This document shows, piece after piece, positions 63,443-64,000 of a stretch of DNA of 64,000 bases. The translations under genes and the position numbers were made by a program. The first letter of the stretch is position 1; every line of letters begins with the position of its first letter. Under the pieces are notes generated by a model. The model was not told where the DNA came from, ran no database searches, and saw nothing but the letters and a program-made list of their open reading frames with translations. Source of the stretch: an uncultured Christensenella sp. (lineage in GTDB: Bacteria; Bacillota; Clostridia; Christensenellales; CAG-138); NCBI GenBank assembly GCA_964383635.1, contig CAYLIG010000001.1:8361-72360 (forward strand). Reading direction: 5' to 3'.

Positions 63443-64000
63443 AATCGACAAGGCGAAACTCCTTAAGGGTTTGAAAAACTTTTTTACAAAGAACACGGCG
63501 CTTAAAGTGATCGCGCTCGTGTTTGCGCTGCTGCTTTGGGGCTATGTGCTCACCGACCAGAAACCCGTGCGAACAAAGATCGTGCCCGAGGTGGCGACGA
63601 GCTTTGACGGCGAAGCGGAGCTGATCGCGCAGGGGTACTGCATTCGGGGCGACCGCAGCGAGATTCTGCAGAACGTCACCGTAACGGTGCGTACGCAGAT
63701 TACGAACTACGCCTATGTGACGGCGAACTCCATCACCGCGTCCATCAGCCTTCGAAACATCAGCGAGGCACGCGAATACGACCTGCCGATTCAGGCGACG
63801 GTCAACTCCTCGCTCGGCGTGGTGCAGTCCGTCTCACCGAGCACGGTGAAGGTGGAGATCGACACGCTCGTGACCAAGACGATCCCGATTACGACGTCGT
63901 TTTCCGGCGCGATTCCGGACGGATACTGGGCGGATATGGACTCGCTCTCCACGACGTCCCGCCTCGACATCACGGGCCCCAAGACGGATATTTCCACGAT
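63429..64000 (+). CDS. cdaR: CdaR (YbbR-domain regulator of CdaA), 3' end beyond the window
   Basis: ATG 63429 overlaps the cdaA stop. The frame stays open to the window end. N-terminal TM span (ALKVIALVFALLLWGYV) followed by YbbR-like repeats. Not in the supplied ORF track because it has no stop codon. Confidence 0.75.
   Translation, partial: MNIPRIDKAKLLKGLKNFFTKNTALKVIALVFALLLWGYVLTDQKPVRTKIVPEVATSFDGEAELIAQGYCIRGDRSEILQNVTVTVRTQITNYAYVTANSITASISLRNISEAREYDLPIQATVNSSLGVVQSVSPSTVKVEIDTLVTKTIPITTSFSGAIPDGYWADMDSLSTTSRLDITGPKTDIST

Noticed and set aside
1-64000. Looked for rRNA, tRNA, tmRNA, CRISPR arrays, transposases, integrases, phage genes and inverted terminal repeats
   Set aside because: I recognised none. 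Intergenic gaps longer than 150 nt are explained by promoters, operators, the T-box leader and terminators. A covariance-model scan (tRNAscan, Rfam) would be needed to exclude small ncRNAs formally.

Overview
High-GC (~60%) chromosomal segment with Clostridia-type hallmarks: rnfCDGEAB, a T-box leader, cdaA-cdaR, GGAGG ribosome-binding sites and lipobox lipoproteins. The taxon is inference only. I call about 55 protein-coding genes and found no rRNA, tRNA, CRISPR array, transposase, integrase or phage genes. Gene order: (1) 1-9.8 kb, a surface-polysaccharide locus with two TupA-like ATP-grasp amidoligases flanking a CapA-family gene, three GT2 glycosyltransferases, a Wzx-like flippase, ugd and a UDP-glucuronate 4-epimerase. 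(2) pssA-like gene, a dCMP deaminase/ThyX-like/zinc-ribbon operon, and a MATE exporter. (3) An overlapping pair of a Zn-phospholipase-C-like gene and a SLOG (DUF1273/YpsA) gene, plus an Amidase_3 homolog whose catalytic residues all appear substituted. (4) rnfCDGEAB. (5) Phosphoesterase, PAP2-like and SRAP genes, then a LacI-controlled sugar ABC importer with malQ. (6) DUF2271 lipoprotein, a DUF368 (PopT-type polyprenyl-phosphate transporter), a priming sugar transferase read in one frame with rfbA, and rfbB. (7) A low-GC gene for a membrane protein with a degenerate GGDEF and an EAL domain. (8) proS, and a T-box controlling cysE-cysS. (9) A marR gene with a heterodimeric ABC exporter. (10) hflX, nadE, an ABC-2-type exporter, a beta-CASP hydrolase, alkaline phosphatase, a metallophosphoesterase, a C11 peptidase and cdaA-cdaR. 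The best leads are: the in-frame phosphoglycosyl transferase (PGT)-RfbA fusion across a G6 tract; an exact JAMM (JAB/MPN+) motif in the N-terminal extension of HflX; the ATP-grasp/CapA/uronic-acid locus, which may make a teichuronopeptide-like polymer; the translationally coupled PLC-like/SLOG pair on an apparently leaderless mRNA; and the degenerate amidase. All family assignments come from motif recognition by eye, with no database search.
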